Shown here: piece after piece, positions 1 through 10,381 of the stretch
Position numbering within the stretch: position 1 is the first letter of the stretch
How the letters are laid out: every line of letters starts with the position of its first letter
Origin: Candidatus Bathyarchaeota archaeon
Lineage (GTDB): Archaea; Thermoproteota; Bathyarchaeia; Bathyarchaeales; Bathycorpusculaceae
Assembly: GCA_963806535.1 (NCBI GenBank)
Contig: CAWDYC010000006.1
Span: 64,001 to 128,000 of the forward strand
Length of the DNA: 64,000 bases
Reading direction: 5' to 3'
Notes under the pieces: generated by a model
The model's database searches: none
What the model saw: only the letters and a program-made list of their open reading frames with translations
What the model was told of the DNA's origin: nothing
Program-made: the position numbers and the translations under genes

Positions 1-926
1 GTGAGCTCTGGATGCAATGTACTTATGGATGTTGCTACTTGCGATACCGCATCACTGTTTTGGGCAAAAACTACGAGACTAGTTATGTATCCAGTATTGT
101 TGGTTATTGTTTGTGCGTCGGATAGGTTCATGTACAATGTTTGCGTTTCAGAAACGGATGATGGGCTGTAGATACCTACCACAGTAAAGGGTTGGTTTAA
201 AATGGTAATGGTGTCACCTACTCCTGCATTGAAGTACGCTGAGTTGTTTTCGCTAAGCATGACTTTCCCGCTATCGCCTGCCTGCAGGTTACTTCCAGCA
301 GTTATATTTGTTGGCAGTACGGGATAGTTGTTTACCAGATCAGAAGTCAAAGGAATTCCTTCAATCGTATACTCGACATTGAGACGCGTGATATCTCGCG
401 TGTACCCGTTAAATGACACGGTGCTCGTTACGTTTTGTCCTTCAGAGGCTTGCAGGATAGGCTCAACAGTTGCAACTCCAGTCATTGTACTGTTGATATC
501 CGTGTATAGGCTCTCATTCATAGGATTTGATTGACCGCCACTAAACGCACCACCACCAAACTGACCACCTACAGTGCCACCGCCGAATTGACCAGGCGTA
601 AATCCTCTGCTGCCAGATGGAGCACCACCGGTTTGACCACGACTAAAGTCACCGCTGCCAGCTGTCCCGTTGCCGAAACCAAAACCTGAAAAACTAGGCG
701 CAAGACTACAATCTATTTGAGTTGATGTTTGGTTAATTGATGCGCTAGTTTGGCTAATTACGTTGCTTAGATTTGTTGCTGCCGTGCTAGCTGTCTGCTG
801 GTTAGCCAAAACACCTGCCGGAATTGAAACCATAATTGCCATGGAAAAACCCAACGCAATAATTACTAGTAACGCTCGAATTTTTCTTCTTGAAATATTT
901 CTTATTGCTCTATTCATGATTCCCAT
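1..926 (-). CDS. MacB/FtsX-type ABC transporter permease, N-terminal part (truncated by window edge)
   Basis: Manual translation from ATG at 926: MGIMNRAIRNISRRKIRALLVIIALGFSMAIMVSIPAG..., Gly-rich extracellular loop, then VGDTITIL..FTVVGIY..LYMNLSDAQ, typical of the MacB periplasmic core; frame stays open to the window edge. Confidence 0.85.
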   Translation of the reverse strand, partial: MGIMNRAIRNISRRKIRALLVIIALGFSMAIMVSIPAGVLANQQTASTAATNLSNVISQTSASINQTSTQIDCSLAPSFSGFGFGNGTAGSGDFSRGQTGGAPSGSRGFTPGQFGGGTVGGQFGGGAFSGGQSNPMNESLYTDINSTMTGVATVEPILQASEGQNVTSTVSFNGYTRDITRLNVEYTIEGIPLTSDLVNNYPVLPTNITAGSNLQAGDSGKVMLSENNSAYFNAGVGDTITILNQPFTVVGIYSPSSVSETQTLYMNLSDAQTITNNTGYITSLVVFAQNSDAVSQVATSISTLHPEL

Positions 927-1241
927 ATATTATCTAACCTTTCATTGTGTAATTTTGAAAAAGGCAACCAAAAAGAGAATCGAAGGGGTTTTATTTGGGC
1001 AGTTATAGGGCTTACGGCCTTATTTTTTTCCAATCCTCTTCTTGATTGCCTTTTCCTTCATACTGTCGAAGAGTTATTAAACAATTTTTCACAATCTCTC
1101 CCAAATCTAACCCAAATTGTCTAATCTAACTAATTTTAATTGGTGTAGAATTTCATAAAAAACAAACTTCAGTGTTAAGAATTGAAATAAAAAAAATTTT
1201 ATGATATTTTTGGTAAGTTTTGCAATAGATGAAAGAAAAAG

Positions 1242-2231
1242 TTATGTTGGAGGCGGAGGTGGCGGCAGTTCCATTTCAGCATTTCTTTGGCGTCTTCTAA
1301 GTAACATGAAAGCAACGAGAAGGACTAAAACTACTATGACAACTATTATTGCAGCGTCAGTAACCAGCGACGAAGAGATTCCTAAAGGCGGAGATGCAGT
1401 AGCTGTGGGTTGATTGGAGGAAGTCGGAGAAGTGCTGGGCTGTTCAGTGGGTGTAGTTGTGGATGTTGTGGGAGTAGGTGTTGCTGATGGCGTTGAAGTT
1501 GACTGAATCAGAATACTATAGCTAGCTATTGAATTTGATAATTGGGCTGTGTTGTCTAGAGGTGTAGCTGTAAATGTTGCTGACTTTCCAGGCAACAGCG
1601 ATTGAGAAATATAATTTGTGTAATTCAGACCCACAACCTTTCCGGCTCCGTTATAAAATGTTGTGATAACCCAAACGGGTCCTGTTGTTTGATCACCGGT
1701 GTTTTGAACAGTACCTGTTAAAGTATATGTGCCCGTGGAATTCGATCCAGAAGCTGATCCAGCTGGAACTACCAGACCAGCATACTGAGTTTGATTTGTA
1801 TCAACTGCATACAGCACACGAGCAGTAACATTTGTTACTGAATAAGCCCAGTTTGGATCCACAGTTGTAGTAGTATCAGTAACAATTGGGGCGAAATCAA
1901 GACAAAAAGGAGCCTTTTGCCCTGGACTCAAATCAGGTATATAAGGTGGCAACGAACTCCCTGAAGACAAATAACCACCACTTGAATTGTAGGCATCTGC
2001 GCCTACAGCAACATTTCCTATTGTATTTGTACCAACATTTTGCACTTCACCGATAACAATCAAATCCCCAGCATACTGTGCTTGTGAAGCAGTATCTGCA
2101 GGAGCAACATACCAAGTGTAACTGAGAACTGTGGCTTCCGTAGCATCTGCTTTTACATGAGGAACTGACAACAAACTTACAGAAGCGACGATTAAGATGA
2201 CAAGAGCTAAAGCAATAAGTATCTTTTTCAA
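1242..2231 (-). CDS. Secreted, membrane-anchored FxLYD-domain protein
   Basis: Signal peptide, two GEVQNxG/GTVQNTG...FYN..G repeats, Pro/Thr linker, C-terminal TM followed by RRRQR. Confidence 0.75.
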   Translation of the reverse strand: MKKILIALALVILIVASVSLLSVPHVKADATEATVLSYTWYVAPADTASQAQYAGDLIVIGEVQNVGTNTIGNVAVGADAYNSSGGYLSSGSSLPPYIPDLSPGQKAPFCLDFAPIVTDTTTTVDPNWAYSVTNVTARVLYAVDTNQTQYAGLVVPAGSASGSNSTGTYTLTGTVQNTGDQTTGPVWVITTFYNGAGKVVGLNYTNYISQSLLPGKSATFTATPLDNTAQLSNSIASYSILIQSTSTPSATPTPTTSTTTPTEQPSTSPTSSNQPTATASPPLGISSSLVTDAAIIVVIVVLVLLVAFMLLRRRQRNAEMELPPPPPPT

Positions 2232-2358
2232 TTACTTCCCCTCAATATTCCTTAAAAGACGTATTAACTTAATGATAAGTTATTAAACTTTTTTCAAAAT
2301 TAGTCCCGAATAGGTAACGTTAGTTTTAATAAAACATTATAAAAAAGAGAAAAAAAAA

Positions 2359-2916
2359 TTATTTATCAATTTCAGTCATATTCATTGTAACAATCTTTGT
2401 TACTTTTCCTTGGATTAAGTCAACAACTACGAGAGAGCGGCCAGTAGCGCTTTGCAAAGTTAAGTCTGCACCTGTGGCTTTGTTTACCACGTTACCGTTT
2501 CCATCGACCACCATGCTAATTATTGGTCTAACCGAAGTAATGTTGAAACCTTGGCTAAGCAAATTCTGAACGTCTGAATCATTTTTAGCAATATTAGTTA
2601 CGTTTTGTGTGAAGTCAACGCTTAATTGGATTGAACTGAATTCGCCTAATCTTCCGTCACCTCGGCATCCTCGACCCACGCCACTATAATCTCCGAATCC
2701 CAAATGACTGTTGATAAACAATCCAGCATTGCTAGTTTCGTTTACAGATGAAAGTGTGGACTGAACGTCGGATGCTACCGAGTTGTTAGCATCGGCTTTA
2801 GCAGTTGATTGCGTAACAAGCACAATTGACGCAGCAACTGTCGCTGCTATGACAATTGAAATTAATGCTAAAACCTTAATTTTTTTATCCATATCTTGAA
2901 TTTTCACCTCCATCAT
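2359..2916 (-). CDS. Hypothetical secreted/membrane-anchored protein
   Basis: N-terminal TM, Gly-rich middle; SD-like GGAGGTGA precedes the MDKK start region. Confidence 0.7.
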   Translation of the reverse strand: MMEVKIQDMDKKIKVLALISIVIAATVAASIVLVTQSTAKADANNSVASDVQSTLSSVNETSNAGLFINSHLGFGDYSGVGRGCRGDGRLGEFSSIQLSVDFTQNVTNIAKNDSDVQNLLSQGFNITSVRPIISMVVDGNGNVVNKATGADLTLQSATGRSLVVVDLIQGKVTKIVTMNMTEIDK

Positions 2917-3081
2917 TGAAAAACGGTTACCGATAAATTATTAAATGATTTTTCAACATTAAACCACAATTAGCCCCAAATTAAGCACAGATTGTGTTTT
3001 AGTCCAATTCAAAAGCGCACATTTATAACTTAAAATAGGTTAAAGTGACAACTAGTCTCTTCAATACTCGGAGCTCTTTGA

Positions 3082-3384
3082 ATGTCTTCAAATGCCCGTT
3101 CTCTAAAATACTTGCTAGGATGGTTGATAGCAGGTACAAGAGGAGGGCCAACTCGAGCGAAAATTATAACTGCACTAAGGCAGACTCCGCAGAATGCAAA
3201 TCAACTGGCCACCTTGCTAAAAATGGATTATAAAACAATGCGTCATCACCTTGACGTTCTTGAAAAAAACAAGATAATTACTTCCATCGGAGACAGGTAT
3301 GGTGCAACCTATTTTCTTTCACAAACTATGGAAGAGAATTACGGCATGTTTGAGGAGATTGTACATAAAATCGGGAAAAAGTAG
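3082..3384 (+). CDS. ArsR-like winged-HTH transcriptional regulator
   Basis: WLIAGTRGGPTRAKII...NANQLA...YKTMRHHLDVL archaeal wHTH signature. Confidence 0.85.
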   Translation: MSSNARSLKYLLGWLIAGTRGGPTRAKIITALRQTPQNANQLATLLKMDYKTMRHHLDVLEKNKIITSIGDRYGATYFLSQTMEENYGMFEEIVHKIGKK

Positions 3385-3402
3385 AAAAAGGAGCAAAAGG
3401 AA

Positions 3403-3843
3403 ATGAAGAAACAGATGGATAATAAAGTAAGAATCGGTCTCATATTTGCGATTTTAGTAGCAGTCGCAATTTTCGCAACATTTTTAGTTTTAATTGAAAA
3501 AGCACCTACTTTTCAACCAAGAGGACTCCCAGGAACCACTTTCATCCCAGGAGACCTTGAATTTTTCTACGCTGCTTATTCAATACTCTCTGCAGTCAAT
3601 ATTGCCCTTTTAGTTATCTTGACATTAATTTACCTGGACATCTACGTTAAAACACGCTCACAATTTACCATAGGGCTCGTAATTTTCGCCTTGGTTTTTC
3701 TAGTAAAAGATTTAACCTCTAGCCCGCTTATAATTTCGCTATTCAGATTTCGGGCTTATGGGCTTGGACCATTTGAGTTTCTGCCAGGGTTGTTCGAATT
3801 CTTTGCCTTATCAGTATTGCTGTACTTGAGCGCCAAATACTAG
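3403..3843 (+). CDS. Multi-pass membrane protein co-encoded with the wHTH regulator
   Basis: About 4 hydrophobic segments, YxKTRSxFTIGLVIF motif, 18 bp after the regulator. Confidence 0.7.
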   Translation: MKKQMDNKVRIGLIFAILVAVAIFATFLVLIEKAPTFQPRGLPGTTFIPGDLEFFYAAYSILSAVNIALLVILTLIYLDIYVKTRSQFTIGLVIFALVFLVKDLTSSPLIISLFRFRAYGLGPFEFLPGLFEFFALSVLLYLSAKY

Positions 3844-4057
3844 AACATACATCAGGTCTACGCATTTGACGTTTGAGTTTTTCTAGCAACTTTCAGACTC
3901 AAAAAATGAACAAGATTGGGCAGAAAGAAAATCGGAAGATAGAAATGTAATCTGCTGAAAGTTTTTTTGTTTCAAGGAATTTTAGGGAAAAAACTAAATC
4001 AACTAATACTGATACCTTTTTCTAAACATCCAAATCAACTTAAAGCCTCAAAAAATA

Positions 4058-5065
4058 TTGCTTGGCTTTATAGCGTTTAAGCTAAAGAAAAAAACTGATG
4101 TAGAAAAACTAATGAAAATGCCATGGAGAAATGACAAAGAAAAAATTATCGCAGTAATCTTGATAGCGTTAGCTTTGAATGCAATCTCCTTCGGCATTGC
4201 ATTCTCTGAAACTTTTAAGCCAGTCACGGGGGCTTGGGCAAGAGATTTCTCGGCGTACTACATCGGTGAATGGCGATTATTTCATAATCCAACAACAATC
4301 TATTGGGGCGCGGTTCAACCTGGAGATTACCCTATTCTACCAGCTCCTCAAACGTTCAAATATACACCTTCCTTTTTGATTCTATTCGCGCCGTTCTTAG
4401 CCTTAAGCTACCAAAATGCCCTTTCCGTTTTTGATATTATACAATTTGCTTCAATTCCACTCTTGGCGTTTTTTGTTTACAAAATAGTTAAGGGCAAAAG
4501 TTTAGTTTTTGCCTCTTTGGCCGCCGTCACTGTTTTGATACAGCCGTTACCTACGCCTCCATTGAATCACAATGCATTCAACTTTCTTCAATTCCGATTT
4601 TTCAGCTTGACTCTTCAACCATTCTCTCCTCCATACTACATAAGCTATTTTTTGGCTAACGCCCATGTGCTTCAAGTCACCCTTCTTGTGGGAGCTTTAT
4701 ACTTTGGGTTTACCAAAAAACCTTTGATCTCAGCGCTACTTTTTTCAGTAGGTGCGTTTGATCCCCGTGGTGCACTTATTGCGATTCCATTGCTTCTATT
4801 TTACAACAGGAAAAAAATAGTTACATTTATTGCAAGTGCTGCTTCATTTCTTGCCCTAACAAATCTACCCTTCTTCTACTACTATAACATTGGATATACT
4901 TTTTTGCAAAGCGAAACTAGAGGTTCAGTTATTTCGCTGATGTATCCTTATGATTGGCTTCCCTTATACGCCGTTCTTGCTTTAACAGTAATGGAAATAG
5001 TCGATGCAGGCAGAAGTACAAAATCTCAGAGTCTTCCTTTGAAGAGCAAAATTGAAACGAAATAA
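4058..5065 (+). CDS. GT-C fold membrane glycosyltransferase (GT87-like)
   Basis: ARDFSAYY motif after TM1, FKYTPSFLILFAPF motif, many TMs; true start is probably the MKMPW/MPWRN ATG. Confidence 0.7.
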   Translation: MLGFIAFKLKKKTDVEKLMKMPWRNDKEKIIAVILIALALNAISFGIAFSETFKPVTGAWARDFSAYYIGEWRLFHNPTTIYWGAVQPGDYPILPAPQTFKYTPSFLILFAPFLALSYQNALSVFDIIQFASIPLLAFFVYKIVKGKSLVFASLAAVTVLIQPLPTPPLNHNAFNFLQFRFFSLTLQPFSPPYYISYFLANAHVLQVTLLVGALYFGFTKKPLISALLFSVGAFDPRGALIAIPLLLFYNRKKIVTFIASAASFLALTNLPFFYYYNIGYTFLQSETRGSVISLMYPYDWLPLYAVLALTVMEIVDAGRSTKSQSLPLKSKIETK

Positions 5066-5071
5066 TTTGCG

Positions 5072-6271
5072 TTATTCTTTACGGATTACTTCGAATTTTT
5101 TGGGATCTCCTTTAAACAAACCTATTAAATGAGTAATAAAATTCAGAAACACAGTTGGGTAGCTTAATGCTGTCCCTGCGAGTGCATGTTTCCAACCCAT
5201 GCATGCACCAATAGTGTAGGCTCTTGTTGCAAGCCAAACTACTAGACTGAGATACACAAAAGGCAATATTGCCGCCGGTATATTGATGATTCCTAAATAG
5301 TATAAGGGCAAACCAATCGTTCCAATCGAGAATAACCATAATCCTGAGAACCCAATGATACTTAATCTAAGTCTGTTCGGTAAAGGCAACATTTTTAGCC
5401 TTAAAATTGATATTTGCCCCCAAAGCCATCTGCGCCTTTGTTTTATTGCATCGCGGAAACTTAATGGCGGTAGTATGAAAATCCTCTCTTCTGAATTAAA
5501 TATGCTATAACCCATAATTGATGCTTTATGGAAATAAAATGAGTCTTCGTTGAGTATTAATTTGTGTTTAGTATTATGGGTGAAGATACTTATGTCATAG
5601 GAAACGTTCCGGTCGACTTGGCTGCTCATGCATGTTCCTTCGCCGTGAGCCCAAAGTGGTTGCCCAAAATTAGTAAAGAAATTGCAGAAAATACCACATG
5701 CAACACATCGTTCATAGTCAAGAATGGTGCTCCAAGCGCTTTGAACTTTTGGGGTAATTGTTCCAATGATAATGTCTGCTTGCACCGTTAAACATTCTTT
5801 TATGAATTCAAGGCTTGGCACCGCGTCATCGTCACCTTGAAGTAAAAGGTAGTTTGAAGCCAACTTATTTTCGTCAACTAAGTTCTGTCTTAGCCTCCGA
5901 GCGTATTCCAATGCACGACTTTTGTACAAGTCTTCACATACAAAATCTTTAGGAACAACAACAATCTTATCACAAACATATTCAGTTTTATGCATGTCCC
6001 AATCTTCAATAATTACCCATGTTTCCAAAGGCACAGACAACGCGTAGTTTTTTACTGTCTCAAATATTTTATTTACTGATTTAACATTACCAATCGTAGG
6101 TATTTGAAAAATAATTTTGTCAACTTTCTTATCAACTTGTCCTTTCTGCTTCAAGAGAGCTGATTTTCTTGTTTTGTTTACTATTTTTCCTATTCCTAAG
6201 ACAAAAACATATAGAAAGGGTGACAACCAGATTATGGAAATTAAATAGTCAAGTATTATCATTACTTTCAT
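5072..6271 (-). CDS. Processive-type GT2 glycosyltransferase (egghead/bre-3-like motifs)
   Basis: YKSRALEY, GDDD, EDS and QRRRW motifs; N- and C-terminal TMs. Confidence 0.8.
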   Translation of the reverse strand: MKVMIILDYLISIIWLSPFLYVFVLGIGKIVNKTRKSALLKQKGQVDKKVDKIIFQIPTIGNVKSVNKIFETVKNYALSVPLETWVIIEDWDMHKTEYVCDKIVVVPKDFVCEDLYKSRALEYARRLRQNLVDENKLASNYLLLQGDDDAVPSLEFIKECLTVQADIIIGTITPKVQSAWSTILDYERCVACGIFCNFFTNFGQPLWAHGEGTCMSSQVDRNVSYDISIFTHNTKHKLILNEDSFYFHKASIMGYSIFNSEERIFILPPLSFRDAIKQRRRWLWGQISILRLKMLPLPNRLRLSIIGFSGLWLFSIGTIGLPLYYLGIINIPAAILPFVYLSLVVWLATRAYTIGACMGWKHALAGTALSYPTVFLNFITHLIGLFKGDPKKFEVIRKE

Positions 6272-6509
6272 TAGACCATTAAATTATATGTTTTAGAAGC
6301 GTCAGACAAAGATGGATTTAAACTTTGATGCGGCAAGCTAGAAATCAATTCACCTAACGTACCATATTTAATGATTTCTATTGCCCTCAACTGAGCTTAC
6401 CTCTTTCTTAGTTAGCGTTTCCCCTTTCTCTGCATAATTTAAAAGCTTTGCTACAAAATCCCGCCAATTTACATTTTTATCTATTATCTATAATTGGGAA
6501 GAACTAAGG

Positions 6510-6594
6510 CGCCGAGGATGGGATTCGAACCCATGCGGACCAGAAGGTCCACGGGCTCTCAAGGCCCGCGCGTTAACCACTCTGCCACCTCGGC
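6510..6594 (-). tRNA. tRNA-Ser (TGA)
   Basis: GCCGAGG/CCTCGGC acceptor stem, CGGGC-CT-TGA-GA-GCCCG anticodon arm, long variable arm, GGTTCGAATCC T-loop. Confidence 0.95.
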
Positions 6595-6730
6595 ACTGAC
6601 AAATCAACACTTCTATTTCGCCCGCTCTTAAAATGTTTACCGACCGCTCATGAAACTATCATCTTTTGTCGCCAAACTTATAGAGTTGAAGGTTAAGTCA
6701 AGTAAAGTAATTAACTAACGATGCCTCTTT

Positions 6731-7150
6731 TTGTGCATGGCAAAGACAACAATACTTATTCAGATACCTCAGGACATATTAGACACGGTTTACTCAGGAG
6801 CTAAACAACTTTACCCAAGAGAAAGCTTTTTGCTATTAAGAGGCAAAAAAAGCAAAGGCTTAATCAAAATAACTGACCTTGTTTTAGCTCCATTTGCAGT
6901 ACATGGTGAAGGAAATGTTCATTTTAACCCATACCTCTTTTCTGGCGACTATTCATTAGTAGGCACTGTCCATTCACATCCATCAGGCAACATTTCACCA
7001 AGCCATGTAGACATGAACTACTTTTTTGGAAGAATCCTAATGATTGTTGGCTACCCATTTGAAGGCAAAAACTGCATTGCGGCATATGATTCCAACGCCG
7101 AAAGATTACCAATAGAGATTACTGCTCCAATAGGCTATGATTCAGAATAA
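6731..7150 (+). CDS. JAMM/MPN+ (Mov34) metalloprotease
   Basis: YPRE...HSHPSGNISPSHVD = E-x(n)-HxH-x7-S-x2-D motif. Confidence 0.9.
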   Translation: MCMAKTTILIQIPQDILDTVYSGAKQLYPRESFLLLRGKKSKGLIKITDLVLAPFAVHGEGNVHFNPYLFSGDYSLVGTVHSHPSGNISPSHVDMNYFFGRILMIVGYPFEGKNCIAAYDSNAERLPIEITAPIGYDSE

Positions 7151-7157
7151 GAATGCC

Positions 7158-7505
7158 TTACAATAAAGCAGCTTTCTTGTAAGCTTCGATAAATTCCACA
7201 GCAAATCTGTCAGCATTCTTTTCAGTGCCACGATGCATTTTGTCAGCCCCTTTGCTGCGTAAATGATGGTAAAACTCATGAATAATAACAAATGGGTTTA
7301 CCAGAATATCGCTGTTCTGAACTGAAATGGTCTCATTTTTGTTCGTATAGCAGCCAAACGCCTTAATCTTGTGACCTTTCGGTAAACCAACTTTCAATTC
7401 AGGTACATTAACCTTATAATTTTTTGATAATAGTTCAAGTGCGTTTTCTGTTTTTCCGTTTAGGATAAGCCAAACTACTAAAGGTTTGAAGTTGTCTTGT
7501 TCCAT
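7158..7505 (-). CDS. Small zincin-like protein (HExxH)
   Basis: IIHEFYHH...EKNADRFA. Confidence 0.65.
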   Translation of the reverse strand: MEQDNFKPLVVWLILNGKTENALELLSKNYKVNVPELKVGLPKGHKIKAFGCYTNKNETISVQNSDILVNPFVIIHEFYHHLRSKGADKMHRGTEKNADRFAVEFIEAYKKAALL

Positions 7506-7563
7506 CGTTTGTCAGCAATACTGGGTTTTGCCGCCTAATTAACTGCTCACAAAAAAATTAGCT

Positions 7564-8814
7564 TCATTCACCGTAGGTGCCTCTTCTGATCTTCTCAGCC
7601 AATAAATGAATAAACTCAATAGGCCAAACGTCATCACAAACATCATCAGTCAAAATTTTTCTTTGATGATAAAGAGGAATCAAATCATTTTTCAGCAAAA
7701 GTATCAGAATGAATTCATGGCCATAAGTCCTTTTGAAAAGCGCATATTTGCGAGCTTGCGTTTTTGTCATTTCGAAATGTGGTTCAAGAACAATTTTTCT
7801 TCCGTTAACTTTTTTTTCTAAAATAAAATCAGGTGTGTAAACTTCATTGTCAGGCAAAGGAAAACTAATAGTTTCATAACCATAAGCAATATGCATTTTC
7901 AAAAGCACAAGCGCTGTTTTCTTCTCCCATCCACTCTTGTACCGACTCATTTTTTGATAGTAAGCGTGGGATTGTCCAGTTATCGTTTGCATGCGATCAA
8001 GAAAGTCAAGTGCTGTTTTCAGTGTGTAGCGGTTTAATGTTTTTTGTCTAAGCCATCTGCCTAAGAGAAAGAAGGGATAGTCAACTTTTGCTGGATCCGA
8101 AGGAAAAAGGCGTTTAGCAAAATCAGTTATTTTTCGCCTTGCAGCAGCTGCCGTGGCTTCATCTCGCCAAAGAGATGGAGAAGCAGAATTTATTAAACCT
8201 AAGCTAGCGGCCACATTAGCGTTCTCTTTTGTTAATGGAACATAGAGGTCTTCTGGCAGCAAATGATCATAAATTTGTAGGTCAGGCTGAGGACGAACCA
8301 TCCAACGCATGTAAATCCACGCCTTATCGACGTGTGGTCCTCCGAAGGCTTTGATATTTTGTGAAATATCACCAACTAAATCGATAGGTTTAGTAAATTT
8401 TTGAGCATATTTCAGCATGTTTCTTTCAGCGTTTATTCTCACAAATAAGTTAACTGACGCCAAAATTTCTGAAGCAGCTTTTTTGTTTGGACCTAAGTCA
8501 TGGTAAAAATCGAATTTTACAATTTCTTCTTCGAAAATATGTCCTTTCTTAATTTCAAAAAGGTTGTTGCCAAAAGCCTCATGCAGATACCCAAGAAGCA
8601 TTCGAGCATTTTCGGGATATCCTACAACTGTATCATCTAATATAGACGAAGCCATCAAGAAATAGTGGGCAATGGTTTTTCGCTCTTCGTATTTTTCTGA
8701 ATAAGGATTAAAAAGCAATCGTGGGCTCATGCGTCGATCCCACTGGATATCCGCAACATTCGAATTCTTGTTGATGAAATCAACAAGCAGAGTGAACACT
8801 TCGTCAGTTGCCAT
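7564..8814 (-). CDS. DUF2400 (HhH-GPD-like) domain fused to a T7 endonuclease I-like PD-(D/E)xK domain
   Basis: MRWMVRPQPDL...VPL...LFPSDPAKVDYPFF (DUF2400); YKSGWEKK...YGYE...YTPDFIL...VLEPH (endonuclease I-like). Confidence 0.7.
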   Translation of the reverse strand: MATDEVFTLLVDFINKNSNVADIQWDRRMSPRLLFNPYSEKYEERKTIAHYFLMASSILDDTVVGYPENARMLLGYLHEAFGNNLFEIKKGHIFEEEIVKFDFYHDLGPNKKAASEILASVNLFVRINAERNMLKYAQKFTKPIDLVGDISQNIKAFGGPHVDKAWIYMRWMVRPQPDLQIYDHLLPEDLYVPLTKENANVAASLGLINSASPSLWRDEATAAAARRKITDFAKRLFPSDPAKVDYPFFLLGRWLRQKTLNRYTLKTALDFLDRMQTITGQSHAYYQKMSRYKSGWEKKTALVLLKMHIAYGYETISFPLPDNEVYTPDFILEKKVNGRKIVLEPHFEMTKTQARKYALFKRTYGHEFILILLLKNDLIPLYHQRKILTDDVCDDVWPIEFIHLLAEKIRRGTYGE

Positions 8815-8998
8815 AGGCCCTTTGTCCTAAGTATACTAATACATCAGACAACGTACATTAAAACATCTCTCATGAAGAATAGACTTAGTAGAAATACGCC
8901 AAATTTTTTGAACATGGAAATAGATTAATAGAAGCGAGAATTTTGATATTGCAACAACCTATTAGACGAAGCGCCTATATAGGAAAAATAAGCATTGT

Positions 8999-9076
8999 GG
9001 GCCGGTCGTCTAGCCTGGTTAGGACATCTGCTTGACGTGCAGAAGGTCGCCGGTCCGAATCCGGTCCGGCCCACCA
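8999..9076 (+). tRNA. tRNA-Val (GAC) with encoded CCA
   Basis: GGGCCGG/CCGGCCC-A-CCA acceptor stem, TCTGC-TT-GAC-GT-GCAGA anticodon arm; TATA-like CCTATATAGG about 20 bp upstream. Confidence 0.95.
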
Positions 9077-9371
9077 AGAACTTCCATTTTCTAATGTTGT
9101 AGTTTTTTGATTGAACGATTGATAGCTGGAAAATCAATTGTGTTACGTGATTTTCGAATGGATAACTGATGTTGAACCCAAGTGCTCTGGATTTATCGAC
9201 TAATTCCTTGTCTAAGTTCAACACGGCATTACCAGCTGTGCCCAGTGCATTGGCACCCGAGGGGCACGCAAGAATGTTCATTATATGTTTGGTCTCTTTT
9301 GCATGTTTACGCGTTGATATTCAATAATCTTAAATTCGAATCGTTTTTATAGCAGAAGGAGGACCGCTATC

Positions 9372-9995
9372 ATGTTTAGCTCAAGAGAGAAATTCGAAAA
9401 AGAAGTAGCTGATTATAGAAAGCAACAGGAAGAAATTAAGCGAGAGATTAAGGAAAAAGAAGCTGAACATGCAAAAGAAGAAGCCAAACCACCAAAACTA
9501 AGAACAAGAAAATTAAGCGAAATCAACGAGGAAATAAAACAACTACAAACATATATTTGGAAATCAGAACCTAAAAAACGCTGTCCACATTGTAATATGG
9601 AGCTCTCATACGATGCAATCCTTTGTTGGGAATGCGGAGAAGTCTTTTTTGATGTCTGCCCAAAATGTAGCAGTATCCGAATTGGAATGAATGAATGGGG
9701 AGCCATCACATGTATAGAATGTGGGTTCGAGTATAGTAAACATGAACTGTTTCGAGAGCTACTCATTGGCTGTGCTGATCCAGACTCTCAATACCTGAGA
9801 ATACTTAATCAAAATCAATTATCAGGTTTAAATTGCTATAACATAGGAACCAAAAAGAACACAATTTGGGAGCTTTGCAAAGACTACAATTGTCCGTTTG
9901 AGGAAAAATGCGAATATTATTGCCCAGCGTTCTTAGCAATATTAGGCCTCATAGAAAGAGGAAAGGTAACAACAGGCTTACCTTGGGGGATATGA
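9372..9995 (+). CDS. Coiled-coil plus multiple zinc-ribbon protein
   Basis: CPHC, CWEC, CPKC and CIEC knuckles plus a C-terminal Cys cluster. Confidence 0.7.
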   Translation: MFSSREKFEKEVADYRKQQEEIKREIKEKEAEHAKEEAKPPKLRTRKLSEINEEIKQLQTYIWKSEPKKRCPHCNMELSYDAILCWECGEVFFDVCPKCSSIRIGMNEWGAITCIECGFEYSKHELFRELLIGCADPDSQYLRILNQNQLSGLNCYNIGTKKNTIWELCKDYNCPFEEKCEYYCPAFLAILGLIERGKVTTGLPWGI

Positions 9996-10381
9996 CCAAA
10001 GGGGCAACTTAAATGGGTACAAGATTAGATGGAAACGACCGAAACTACTTTTGTAACTTTTCAACGCTTCTTCATAAATAGAACGCAAAGGCAAAGAGAG
10101 AAGAACTATTTCTTAATATGATAGCAATTTTGTACTTCAGGGTTAGTTTAATCAAACAAATGAGCCTTAATCAGTTTGCAGTTCTAGCATTTTATCCGAT
10201 TAATGGTGCATTTTAATTGCGCGATTTTAATAATAAGGCTTATATTATTTTTCGATTGATAGGCTCAGGTTATACGTGTGTTGCTTGAGGCCCAGATTAA
10301 TGGTAAGTATAATTGAGAAATTGCCAACAAACTTATCGCTCCGTCGATGTCAATTTTGCTTGCACCTTTCCAGTGATCTTC

